From Bdellovibrionales bacterium (GTDB taxonomy: Bacteria > Bdellovibrionota > UBA1018 > CAIMNF01), in assembly GCA_947462765.1 (NCBI GenBank), contig CANHQK010000002.1, positions 38,099 through 102,098 on the forward strand: a stretch of DNA of 64,000 nucleotides, given 5' to 3'. Under the pieces are notes generated by a model. That model was not told the DNA's origin and did not search any database. It saw only the letters and a program-made list of their open reading frames with translations. The stretch's first letter is position 1, and every line of letters begins with the position of its first letter. The position numbers were made by a program, and so were the translations under genes. Positions 38,982 to 47,624 of this stretch are shown piece by piece.

Positions 38982-39377
38982 ATGTTGGATGTGGAACACT
39001 TCGAATTCGTAAAAGTCACAGAAGTCATGGATCAGCTCGGAAACCTACTGAATCTTCAGCGCTTGCAGAAGATTCGTTTTTCGATCCTTCATTATCTCGA
39101 GGGAGCCCATTCCAAGGTCGAAAACCGCTTCGACTCGAATCTCCGCAGGGTGCTCAAGGAGACCTATGACTTGCTCGAAGGCGTGAAGGTCGAGATCGAG
39201 TCGATCCAGGGGAATATCCTGAAGCTCCTGAAGCCGGTCAAAGCCACTCGTGCCCGGCGAGCCCCGGCCAAGAAGTCCACAAAGGCCGAGGTCACTCCGA
39301 AGTCAAAGACTCTGAAGAAGCTCGTGGCCCGTCCGGTCTCTAAATCCAAGCGTCCGAGTGCGGCTCAGGGCAGGTAA
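38982..39377 (+). CDS. Hypothetical protein with histone-H1-like Lys/Ala/Pro-rich C-terminal tail (candidate nucleoid-associated protein)
   Basis: Tail 'KPVKATRARRAPAKKSTKAEVTPKSKTLKKLVARPVSKSKRPSAAQGR'; start chosen at ATG 38982 (MLDVEHF) with RBS-like AGGAATAG. Confidence 0.5.
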   Translation: MLDVEHFEFVKVTEVMDQLGNLLNLQRLQKIRFSILHYLEGAHSKVENRFDSNLRRVLKETYDLLEGVKVEIESIQGNILKLLKPVKATRARRAPAKKSTKAEVTPKSKTLKKLVARPVSKSKRPSAAQGR

Positions 39378-39437
39378 ACACAGCGGAAGCCGATCCCGAT
39401 GAAAAATCGCCTCAGGGAGTCCTCTCCCGGGCTACCC

Positions 39438-39460
39438 TAGCGCGTGCGCTCCGGTTTTTT
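39438..39460 (+). terminator. Putative intrinsic terminator after the Lys-rich-tail protein gene
   Basis: Short GC hairpin (tAGCGCGTGCGCTcc) followed by TTTTTT (39455-39460). Confidence 0.35.
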
Positions 39461-39561
39461 GGTAAGAATGCCGCAAACCGCCGGGACGATCTCACTTTTC
39501 TCTTGGTCGAAAAACGCGCAGAGTGATCGGCCAAGGGCTTGAAGTGGTCCAAATATTACTC

Positions 39562-39612
39562 TTGACTAATATTATAATAAAGTAATATTATGGAATCCTC
39601 TAGGAGGATTCC
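39562..39612 (+). promoter_or_regulatory. arsR promoter/operator region: -35 TTGACT, two copies of palindromic TAATATTAT, and a 21-bp perfect palindrome over the RBS
   Basis: TTGACT (39562-39567); TAATATTAT at 39567-39575 and 39583-39591 (each self-complementary in the core TAATATTA); GGAATCCTCTAGGAGGATTCC (39592-39612) directly abutting ATG 39613. Confidence 0.5.
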
Positions 39613-39900
39613 ATGCAAGAAATCATCGAAAAATGCGACGAAGTGAGTGCGGTATTGAAATCGCTCTCGCATCCGGTCCGGCTCAAGGTCTTGTGCCGGG
39701 TGCTCGAGGGTGAGACCTCGGTGAGTGACCTGACCGATTTCTGTGGAATCGCCCAGTCGGCGATGTCGCAGTTTCTGATCCGCATGAGGTCAGAGGGTTT
39801 GCTGGTTTCCCGCAAAGAGGGGACTCACGTGTACTACGGCATCGCCGACGCGCGGACCAAAAAACTTCTGAAAGCCATCAAGGAGATTTATTGCAGATGA
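39613..39900 (+). CDS. ArsR/SmtB-family metalloregulatory transcriptional repressor
   Basis: 95 aa winged HTH 'LSHPVRLKVLCRVLEGETSVSDLTDFCGIAQSAMSQFLIRMRSEGLLVSRKEGTHVYY'. Confidence 0.85.
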   Translation: MQEIIEKCDEVSAVLKSLSHPVRLKVLCRVLEGETSVSDLTDFCGIAQSAMSQFLIRMRSEGLLVSRKEGTHVYYGIADARTKKLLKAIKEIYCR

Positions 39901-41213
39901 AAGCTTCATGGGTTCTCGCCGTCGTGATGATTCTGGCTCCCGGAAAAGGGTATGCCGGTGAGGGGTTCGGTTTCCAAGAGCTCTGGGCGAAGGTTCGCGG
40001 TGATGCGGCGGAGATCCGCGCGACGGAGTCCGAACGGCAGGCCTCGTTCTCCGCGAGCGAGCGGAGCGCCCGGCACTGGGTGCCCGGGTTCACATTGACG
40101 GGAAGAGGGATTCATACGAATGATCCTGCGCAGGTGTTTTTTTCGCGCTTGGGTCAGCGTTCGGCCGAGGCGGCCGACTTCAACCCTTCGTCCCTGAATC
40201 ATCCGGGAACCGCGAATTTCGTCTCGACCTCGCTCGGCATGCAGTGGTCTTTGTTCGAGGGTGGTGCGGGATCCGCCTACCGTGACCTCCAGAGATCCAT
40301 TTCTGACTTGAAAAGTCTCGGCAAAAACCGAGCGGAGTGGGAAGCCTATGTGGAGACCGCATCCGCTTACGGCACGATTCTTCATGCCGAGGCAACGCGT
40401 GACTCGGTCACTGCATTGAAGGGAACGGTCCAGGGTATCCTGTCCCGGTACTCGGTCGGATCGAAATCGAATCCGGTGGGGTATTCCGGATTGCTGGGTC
40501 TTAAAAGCCTTCTGAACCGGGTCCAAGCTGTCGAGGAACAATTGCTGACCGAGGCGGATACCGGGCGTTCCCGAATCCGAGCCCTGAGCGGTGCGGTTCC
40601 CGATGAATTCCAAGTCAGAAAAGAACCCTTGTCGGTATTCATGTCCGTCGTTCTCCCGGAGTCGCAGGTGACCGGTTCGGATTCGGTTTCGGTCAGTCTT
40701 GCTGAAAAGCAGGTGGAACTCGCCGGAGCCTCGATCGGCCTGGATCGCGCCCGTGCCTTGCCACAAATCGGTGTATTCGGTGAGGGTGGAGTGGTGACCG
40801 GCGCCCGGAACACGGGTGCCGCTTACGCGGGTGGACTCTATCTGAGGTGGAGCCTGTTCGATCCGAGGGATTTCGGCTCTTTATCCGAGAAGCGTCTCGA
40901 GCGGGAAGCTGCCCTGGCCAGGCTGGAAGGCGCACGCTCGGCGGTCCGCTCGGGCAGGGAGGGGGGCCTCAAGAGCCTCCATGCCCTTGAGCGTAACGAG
41001 AAGCTCTTGCAAGAGAGCCTTACGCTCATGGGTGAGCAGGTCGAGGTCGCCTCACGCTTGTTCCAGTCCGGCTCGATTTCCGCTCTTCAGCTGGTAGAGG
41101 TTTACAATCGCAGACTGGATCTACTCTTGGGCCATCAGGAACTCCAGCGTCAACACATTCAGATCCGAGCCGGCTTGGCACGACTCGCTTCCGGAAAAGG
41201 GATTACAGAATGA
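39897..41213 (+). CDS. Outer-membrane efflux protein (TolC/OEP family)
   Basis: Signal peptide 'MKASWVLAVVMILAPGKGYA', two OEP-like repeats with coiled-coil segments; AAGGAG RBS; ATGA overlap with the arsR stop. Confidence 0.8.
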   Translation: MKASWVLAVVMILAPGKGYAGEGFGFQELWAKVRGDAAEIRATESERQASFSASERSARHWVPGFTLTGRGIHTNDPAQVFFSRLGQRSAEAADFNPSSLNHPGTANFVSTSLGMQWSLFEGGAGSAYRDLQRSISDLKSLGKNRAEWEAYVETASAYGTILHAEATRDSVTALKGTVQGILSRYSVGSKSNPVGYSGLLGLKSLLNRVQAVEEQLLTEADTGRSRIRALSGAVPDEFQVRKEPLSVFMSVVLPESQVTGSDSVSVSLAEKQVELAGASIGLDRARALPQIGVFGEGGVVTGARNTGAAYAGGLYLRWSLFDPRDFGSLSEKRLEREAALARLEGARSAVRSGREGGLKSLHALERNEKLLQESLTLMGEQVEVASRLFQSGSISALQLVEVYNRRLDLLLGHQELQRQHIQIRAGLARLASGKGITE

Positions 41214-44200
41214 AAGACAACATCGGTTTCGCAGGCAGTTTGGCCCGGGCGTTCGCCCATTCGAAGCTCACCCCCGTTATTGCGATCTTTTCGGTCCTGG
41301 TCGGTGTGACCGCGGTCGTGCTCACGCCGAAAGAGGAAGAGCCTCAGATCTCGGTCCCGATGATCGACATCCGGATTCCTGTCCCCGGGCTCGAGGCTGC
41401 GGAGGTTGAAAAGAAGGTGACCGAGCCCTTGGAGCGCGCGGTGTGGGGATTGGATGGAGTCGAATACGTCTATTCCGCTTCACAGGCCCACGGAGCCCTG
41501 GTGACCGCTCGATTCAAAGTAGGCGAACCGATGGAGCCGAGTCTGGTCAAGGTGCACGACCGGGTGATGAAACTCCGTCAGGAATTGCCAAAGCACGCCG
41601 GACAGCCGGAAGTGAAGTCGTTCTCGATTGACGATGTGCCGTTTCTCACCCTGACCTTCAGTTCTGCAACACACTCATCCTATGAACTCAGGACCCGGGT
41701 CGCCCCCTTGGCCCGCGAACTTTCGGCAACGCCTGACCTCTCGAAGGTGGAATTGAAGGGCGGTCAGAAGCGCGCCGTCCGGGTGGTCGTGGATCCTGAT
41801 CGATTGAGCCGCCTCGGTGTCTCCATTCTCAATGTCTCCCGGGCACTTGAAGAAAACGACGTTTGGATCCCTGCCGGAAAGACCTGGGGAACCGACAAGG
41901 ATTATCAAGTGGAGGTCGGCGGACGGATCTCCTCGGTGAGGGACCTCGAGTTGATTCCCATCGGTCAAAGAGGGGGGCGCGTGGTTCGGCTGAAGGATGT
42001 CGCCCGGATCACTGATGGTCCCGAGGAGCTCACGAGGGCCTCGCTCCTGTTTGAGAAGGGGAAGGAGACGGCTCCGGAAGCTGCCGTTTCAATCGTTTTT
42101 GCCAAAAGAAAAGGGACCAATGTGGTGGAGCTCTCCCGCCAGCTCCTGAAGCGTGCGGAGCGATTCTCGAAGCAGCTTCCCTCCGGCGTCAAAATGACCG
42201 AAGTGCGCAACTACGGGACCACTGCCAATGAGAAATCGATCGAGCTCATTGAGCATCTCTTGATCGCGACTTTCTCGGTCGCGGCTCTGATCGCGCTCAT
42301 CATGGGCCTGCGTGCCTCCATTGTTGTGGCCATTGCCATTCCGGTGACTCTTGCCCTGACTCTCGCGATCTATTACTTCCTGGGCTATACCCTCAATCGG
42401 ATCACCCTATTCGCGCTGATTTTCTCGATCGGGATTCTCGTAGACGATGCCATTGTGGTGGTCGAGAATATCGAGCGGCACCTCCATGAGAATCCGGGTT
42501 TGGGAATTTTCAAGGCGACCTTGAACGCGGTATCGGAGGTGGGGAACCCGACCATTCTCGCCACGTTCACTGTAATCGCTGCGATTCTTCCAATGGCATT
42601 CGTTCAAGGAATGATGGGGCCCTACATGAAGCCGATCCCGGTCGGGGCGAGCATTGCGATGATTTTCTCACTGCTGGTCGCTTTTATCGTGACTCCCTGG
42701 GCTTCGATCCGGATTTTGAAGCATGATTCGCACGTGAAACCGGAAGCCGGAGCGACCGAGACCCGGGAGGGACGCCTCGACCGGATGTACCGGAGTTTCA
42801 TGGAACGTCTCCTCGGAAGCCAAAGGCGGTCGATCTTGTTCGGTGCCCTGACTGTCCTGCTCCTGCTCGGATCGTTTTCCCTTTTGATGGTCAAGGCGGT
42901 GAAAGTGAAAATGCTGCCCTTCGACAACAAGAGTGAGTTCCAGGTCCTGGTGGACTATCCGCCCGAGACGCCGATCCGGAAGAGCATCGAGTGGTCGCAC
43001 GAGCTCGCCCGCGGACTCTTGAACCATCCCGAAGTGCGTAAAGTGCAGATTTTCGCCGGGGAGTCGGCCCCCTTCTCGTTTTCAGGCATGGTGAAACACG
43101 CCTACTTGAGACAGGAGCCGAACCAGGTCGATTTCCAGATCGTGCTGAGCGGAAAAGGCCAGAGAAAGCTGTCGAGCCATCAAATCATCGAGAACCTGCG
43201 GCCAGTCGTGATCGGGTTCGGACTCAAGCACCGCGCGGTGACAAAGGTTCTGGAAATCCCGCCGGGGCCACCCGTGATGGCGACGATGCTCGCCGAAGTG
43301 TACGGTCCGACAGCCGAGTCCCGCCAGAAGGTCGCTCAGGAGCTCGAGGAGATTTTCCGGTCGGAGCCCAGTGTGGTGGATCTCGATAGCACTAATCGTG
43401 AGTTGCGTCAGCGGAAGGTCTATACCTTCGATCGGGACCGGGGAGGCTTACTCGGAGCGAGTGCGTCTCCGGTGGCCGGGCTCGGGGCCCTGGTGTTCTC
43501 GGAGTCAAGAATCGGTCTCTTGAACGAGTCGGCACACCCTGAGGAGATTGGCATCGATCTTTCGATTGATCCAGCCGTCCGCTCGAGTGAGCAACCCTTC
43601 AAGGGCCAGACGCTTCCCTCTTTTGAGTCGGGATCCGTCCAAGCCGGTTCCCTGGTGCAGGCGCCGGTCTTCACCTCCAATCCGGTTCTGCACCGGAAGA
43701 ACCTGAAGCCTGTGTCGTACGTGATGAGTGAGCTTTCGGGAGCTGAGGAGGCACCCGTATACGGAATGTTGAAGCTCGCGCCCAAAATTCAATATCCGAC
43801 CCAGACCGCTGAGGTTCCTTGGGATACTGAGAGTCCCGTCATCAAGTGGGATGGCGAGTGGTTCATCACCTACGAAGTTTTCCGCGATCTCGGGGGTGCC
43901 TTTGCGGTGGTCATTGTGCTCATTTATGTGCTCGTGCTCGGCTGGTTCAGGAGTTACCTAGTCCCGCTCGTGATCATGGCGCCGATCCCGATCAGCCTGA
44001 TCGGGATCCTGCCCGGTCATGCGATGCTTGGAGCCTATTTCACCGCAACGTCGATGATCGGGTTCATTGCCGGTGCAGGGATCATTGTCCGGAACTCCAT
44101 CATCCTGGTGGACTTCATCGAGCATCAGATGAAGTCCGGGATGGCCGTGAAGGAAGCGGTGATCAGTGCCGGTGTGCTTCGCTTCCGACCCATGCTGCTC

Positions 44201-44380
44201 ACTGCGGCCGCAGTGGTGGTGGGAAGTTCGGTGATGCTCGCCGACCCCATATTTCAAGGTTTGGCGGTGAGTCTCATGTTCGGCGAAATCGCCGCAACAG
44301 TGCTCAGTCGCTTTGCAGTGCCAGTGCTGTATTACTGGTTTTTAGGAAACATCAGAAAGGAACAAATCCATGAAAATTGA
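41210..44380 (+). CDS. RND-family efflux transporter permease (AcrB/CzcA superfamily)
   Basis: 1056 aa, 12-TM RND architecture, TM4 motif 'GILVDDAIVVVENIERH'; ATGA overlap with the OEP stop. Confidence 0.9.
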   Translation: MKDNIGFAGSLARAFAHSKLTPVIAIFSVLVGVTAVVLTPKEEEPQISVPMIDIRIPVPGLEAAEVEKKVTEPLERAVWGLDGVEYVYSASQAHGALVTARFKVGEPMEPSLVKVHDRVMKLRQELPKHAGQPEVKSFSIDDVPFLTLTFSSATHSSYELRTRVAPLARELSATPDLSKVELKGGQKRAVRVVVDPDRLSRLGVSILNVSRALEENDVWIPAGKTWGTDKDYQVEVGGRISSVRDLELIPIGQRGGRVVRLKDVARITDGPEELTRASLLFEKGKETAPEAAVSIVFAKRKGTNVVELSRQLLKRAERFSKQLPSGVKMTEVRNYGTTANEKSIELIEHLLIATFSVAALIALIMGLRASIVVAIAIPVTLALTLAIYYFLGYTLNRITLFALIFSIGILVDDAIVVVENIERHLHENPGLGIFKATLNAVSEVGNPTILATFTVIAAILPMAFVQGMMGPYMKPIPVGASIAMIFSLLVAFIVTPWASIRILKHDSHVKPEAGATETREGRLDRMYRSFMERLLGSQRRSILFGALTVLLLLGSFSLLMVKAVKVKMLPFDNKSEFQVLVDYPPETPIRKSIEWSHELARGLLNHPEVRKVQIFAGESAPFSFSGMVKHAYLRQEPNQVDFQIVLSGKGQRKLSSHQIIENLRPVVIGFGLKHRAVTKVLEIPPGPPVMATMLAEVYGPTAESRQKVAQELEEIFRSEPSVVDLDSTNRELRQRKVYTFDRDRGGLLGASASPVAGLGALVFSESRIGLLNESAHPEEIGIDLSIDPAVRSSEQPFKGQTLPSFESGSVQAGSLVQAPVFTSNPVLHRKNLKPVSYVMSELSGAEEAPVYGMLKLAPKIQYPTQTAEVPWDTESPVIKWDGEWFITYEVFRDLGGAFAVVIVLIYVLVLGWFRSYLVPLVIMAPIPISLIGILPGHAMLGAYFTATSMIGFIAGAGIIVRNSIILVDFIEHQMKSGMAVKEAVISAGVLRFRPMLLTAAAVVVGSSVMLADPIFQGLAVSLMFGEIAATVLSRFAVPVLYYWFLGNIRKEQIHEN

Positions 44381-44561
44381 TTACCAAATTCGAATTTTTG
44401 CAGGGGTATTTATACTGGCCAGCCTGTTGCTGAGCCACTTTCACAATCCGAATTGGATTTATTTTACGGCGTTTGTGGGGGTCAATCTGATCCAGTCGGC
44501 GTTCACTTGCTTCTGTCCGCTAGAGATTGTGCTGCGTAAGATGCAGCCTGGAAGAGAATAA
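44370..44561 (+). CDS. DUF2892-family small inner-membrane protein (YgaP C-terminal-like)
   Basis: 63 aa, two TM helices and 'AFTCFCPL' motif characteristic of DUF2892; overlaps the RND stop by 11 nt. Confidence 0.7.
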   Translation: MKIDYQIRIFAGVFILASLLLSHFHNPNWIYFTAFVGVNLIQSAFTCFCPLEIVLRKMQPGRE

Positions 44562-44581
44562 TTGACGGTGAATGCTGGATT

Positions 44582-45964
44582 CTAAAGATTCAACACTTCA
44601 ACGGGGCTACTGCCGCCTACATTTTGGGTGGCCCCATTGCCGAGTTGACCGCTGTTGTTTTTTCCCCAGCAAAGGATCTTTCCATCGGACCGTACTGCGC
44701 AAGTGTGATCCTTGCGTGAGCTGATCTGGATTGCCGATGTGACTCCGGGGACGTCGAAGGGTGTCAGCAATCTTGATGAGCCATAGTCAGCTCCCAGGGC
44801 GGTCCAGCTCGAGTAACCTGCGCACTTGACGATGCCATCTTGCATTAGGAAGCAGGTGTGCGTTGCACCCGTTGTGATTCCAACAATGTTTTGCAGAGGG
44901 TTCATGTCCTGAGCCCTCACTTGTACGGGGGTGGTTCTTCCGTCACCCATGTAGCCTGTTCCCATCTGGGTTCCATCGCTCAGCTGGCCTTCCCAGTTCG
45001 CTCCCCAGCATTTTGCAGAGCCATCCTCCAAAACGGAACAAGTGTGTTGCTCTCCGGCGGAGAGTGAGGCAGCTTGGGTTAAGGAGGACACCACTACCGG
45101 AATCATACTGAAAACGCCCGAACCATTCCCCAGTCGACCCACGCCATAGTACTGCGGAAAGCTTGAGCTAGCCGGAGCTTGCCCGTTATCCCCCCAACAT
45201 CGCATGGTTTTGTCTGCCAGGATCGCACAGGTGTGGGTTTTGCCGGCAGAGATGCTGGTGACATTTGATAAACCCAGTACCGAGACGGGGGTTGGGCTGT
45301 CGGTGATGGTGTTGTTCCCGAGTTGCCCTCCGCCCACGTTTGTACCTCGATTGTATCCCCAACAGCGAATGGTTCGATCTGCGAGCAAGGCACAGGTGTG
45401 ATTTCCACCTGCAGCAATACTGATCACATTGCTGAGTCCCGATACCGCAACGGGGGTGAGCCGATTCGAGGTGGTTCCATCTCCCAACTGGCCATACCAA
45501 TTGGCTCCCCAGCATCGTGCAGTTCCATCTTGAAGGAGCGCGCAGGAGTGAGATTCGCCCGTGGCAATCTGGCTCACTCCGTTCAGCCCAACCACGCTCA
45601 CCGGGCTGGTTTTCATGCTCCCAAATTGACCGGTACCATCTCCGAGTTGGCCATTATAGTTCTCGCCCCAGCATCGGACACTTGCATCAGAGAGGAGAGC
45701 ACAGGTGTGTGAGCCTCCCACCGCTACGAAGGGCGCCGGAGTTGGAGTTGGTGTTGGAGTCGGGTTCGGAGTAGGAGTTGGGGTAGGGGTTGAAGGTTCT
45801 ACAGGTATATCGTTTTGGCGTGGAGCCCCTGCTCCTGCGGAGGGCAGGGTCTTGATCCAGGAGGTGCAACCAGAGAGCAACATCGTTGCAACCAAGATTG
45901 TAAAGCGTGTTGCTGCTGGTATATTCCGTTTCACAAATCCCCCTCTCTCAATACTACATTTCAT
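44582..45964 (-). CDS. RCC1-repeat (beta-propeller) lipoprotein with Pro/Thr linker
   Basis: Lipobox 'LLSGC', linker 'PTPTPTPNPTPTPTPTPAP', about 7 RCC1-like repeats ('GGSHTCALLSDASVRCWGENYNGQLGDG'); start approximate. Confidence 0.8.
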   Translation of the reverse strand: MKCSIERGGFVKRNIPAATRFTILVATMLLSGCTSWIKTLPSAGAGAPRQNDIPVEPSTPTPTPTPNPTPTPTPTPAPFVAVGGSHTCALLSDASVRCWGENYNGQLGDGTGQFGSMKTSPVSVVGLNGVSQIATGESHSCALLQDGTARCWGANWYGQLGDGTTSNRLTPVAVSGLSNVISIAAGGNHTCALLADRTIRCWGYNRGTNVGGGQLGNNTITDSPTPVSVLGLSNVTSISAGKTHTCAILADKTMRCWGDNGQAPASSSFPQYYGVGRLGNGSGVFSMIPVVVSSLTQAASLSAGEQHTCSVLEDGSAKCWGANWEGQLSDGTQMGTGYMGDGRTTPVQVRAQDMNPLQNIVGITTGATHTCFLMQDGIVKCAGYSSWTALGADYGSSRLLTPFDVPGVTSAIQISSRKDHTCAVRSDGKILCWGKNNSGQLGNGATQNVGGSSPVEVLNL

Positions 45965-46057
45965 GCGTTGACTGATTCTAGATGTGTCAGGTAGGACATC
46001 GCAGAAATTGTAGATTTTTTGAGTTTCTGCCCAATGCCTGCATGAGACAATCAAACG

Positions 46058-46660
46058 ATGAGAACATTTGCTTTACTCGCGTCCTTGTTTTTTGGGGTTC
46101 AAACAGTCCATGCGCAAAGTGGCAGTAATCCGGCGCGAGCGAATTGTTGGTGCAAGATTTCAATCCACAGTTTGGCAGGGAATACCGCCGAGACTGGGGT
46201 GGTGTCTGGCAAATACTCCGATGCAACCGGCCCTTCCTACAGTTCTTTGCAACACTTGGTCGATTTGGGTAACACCCAGAATAATTGCAAAGACCGGTGC
46301 AATAGTAGAGCTGCAGGAGAGAGTCTTCCCGCACTGGCGCAAGCTGCTTGTGCCATGGGTGCAAATGGCAACGATGTAACGGCTTTTGCCAAGGTGGGAG
46401 TGAATCGCTTTGTTCAAGGAAACACTCTAGGAAGAATCCACAGGCGGCCTGCAGTGTATCACTGTCCGCAAGGTGGGGTGCTGGTCAGTAGGCCGGATGG
46501 TGGCGGAGAGTGCGTGGTGACTGAAAAAGCCATCCTCCCGAATGTGGAGAAGGGATCGACGACGGGGGTCCGGTGTTCGCCAGGATTTTCTTGGGATGGA
46601 TCGCGCTGTAAAAAGACCTACCCAGCGGTGATTCAAACCCCGGCTTATTGTGGTTTTTGA
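46058..46660 (+). CDS. Hypothetical secreted Cys-rich protein
   Basis: Signal peptide 'MRTFALLASLFFGVQTVHA'; about 10 Cys; no known domain. Confidence 0.5.
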   Translation: MRTFALLASLFFGVQTVHAQSGSNPARANCWCKISIHSLAGNTAETGVVSGKYSDATGPSYSSLQHLVDLGNTQNNCKDRCNSRAAGESLPALAQAACAMGANGNDVTAFAKVGVNRFVQGNTLGRIHRRPAVYHCPQGGVLVSRPDGGGECVVTEKAILPNVEKGSTTGVRCSPGFSWDGSRCKKTYPAVIQTPAYCGF

Positions 46661-47610
46661 CGATCTGTTTCTGGCATGCAGGCAGGAGAGCCTGTAAGTG
46701 ACATGAGGAACTGAAACAGCGGTAAATGTCTGCGCAGGGTCCTCCGATGCCGATGGAGCTTGATCGGATTGAAGGGCCCGAGAAGGCTGAAGAGCTGGAG
46801 AGGGTTCTTCCGAACCCAGCTCCAGGAGCCCATTTCGAGTGTCAGAGGTAGGAAGTTTTTTCGCTCGTGCTCCAGGTAGAGAAAATCCCAGAGGTCTCCA
46901 TGGGTGGTGTAGTGGAGCGACTGTGGCTCTACCTTGTATACATGGTAGGGTAAGGCCTTCCGGAGCAGGTCTTCGAAGATTTTGACTTGGTCGATGGATG
47001 GAAGCGGATCTTGGGAGAAAGCATAGGGATACCAGATCTGGTCTTGGATTCCGAAACCAGAGTGCAGATCTAAAGCTAGAGTGAAGCTGGCCTCCTTCAG
47101 CACGCCCCGAACTGAATTCACGAGGGCCCGAGATTCCGGCTCCATTCCAGCCTCAGTTTGCTCCGGATTCCCTCGATACCAAGGGAGCCTTCGAGACCAG
47201 TGGTGCCCGCCTACAGCAAAGCTCGCCTGCTTGGCGGTAACGGGGGCATTGCGCATCAGATCGACTCCGTTACCGTTCGATCGGGTGAATTGCGCGTGAC
47301 CGACTGGATTCACGAGCGGAATCACGATCAGTTGGATCTGGTCGAGTGTGTGACGAAGGGAACGGTCCCACTCCCAGCGCCCGATGAGGGTTTCCATAAA
47401 GGAAAGTGCGACATCGGTTCCGATTCGCTCTAGTCCATGAACACCGCCTGTGATCATGAGGGCCGGATCGGAAGGCGTAGTGGATCCGATCCTGAATTCC
47501 AGGATCGGAAAGGTCTGGTTTTTGTGCGCGATATTCTCCAAGGTACGAACTGATCCGATCGAGGACCATCTACGTTCGATGGACTTCAACTGTTCTTCGG
47601 AAGGGCTCAT
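46645..47610 (-). CDS. M14-family zinc carboxypeptidase-like protein
   Basis: Zinc ligands 'GGVHGLERIG' (HxxE) and 'LDLHSG'; ~320 aa. Confidence 0.65.
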   Translation of the reverse strand: MSPSEEQLKSIERRWSSIGSVRTLENIAHKNQTFPILEFRIGSTTPSDPALMITGGVHGLERIGTDVALSFMETLIGRWEWDRSLRHTLDQIQLIVIPLVNPVGHAQFTRSNGNGVDLMRNAPVTAKQASFAVGGHHWSRRLPWYRGNPEQTEAGMEPESRALVNSVRGVLKEASFTLALDLHSGFGIQDQIWYPYAFSQDPLPSIDQVKIFEDLLRKALPYHVYKVEPQSLHYTTHGDLWDFLYLEHERKNFLPLTLEMGSWSWVRKNPLQLFSLLGPFNPIKLHRHRRTLRRHLPLFQFLMSLTGSPACMPETDRQKPQ

Positions 47611-47624
47611 CCTGGTTCGATTCC

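Noticed and set aside
45700-45800. Short tandem DNA repeats (GTTGGAGT / GGAGTTGG) that could look like a micro-array or CRISPR-like repeat
   Set aside because: They encode the (PT)n linker of the RCC1 lipoprotein on the minus strand. Repeat units are too short, there are no spacers, and the region is in-frame coding sequence.
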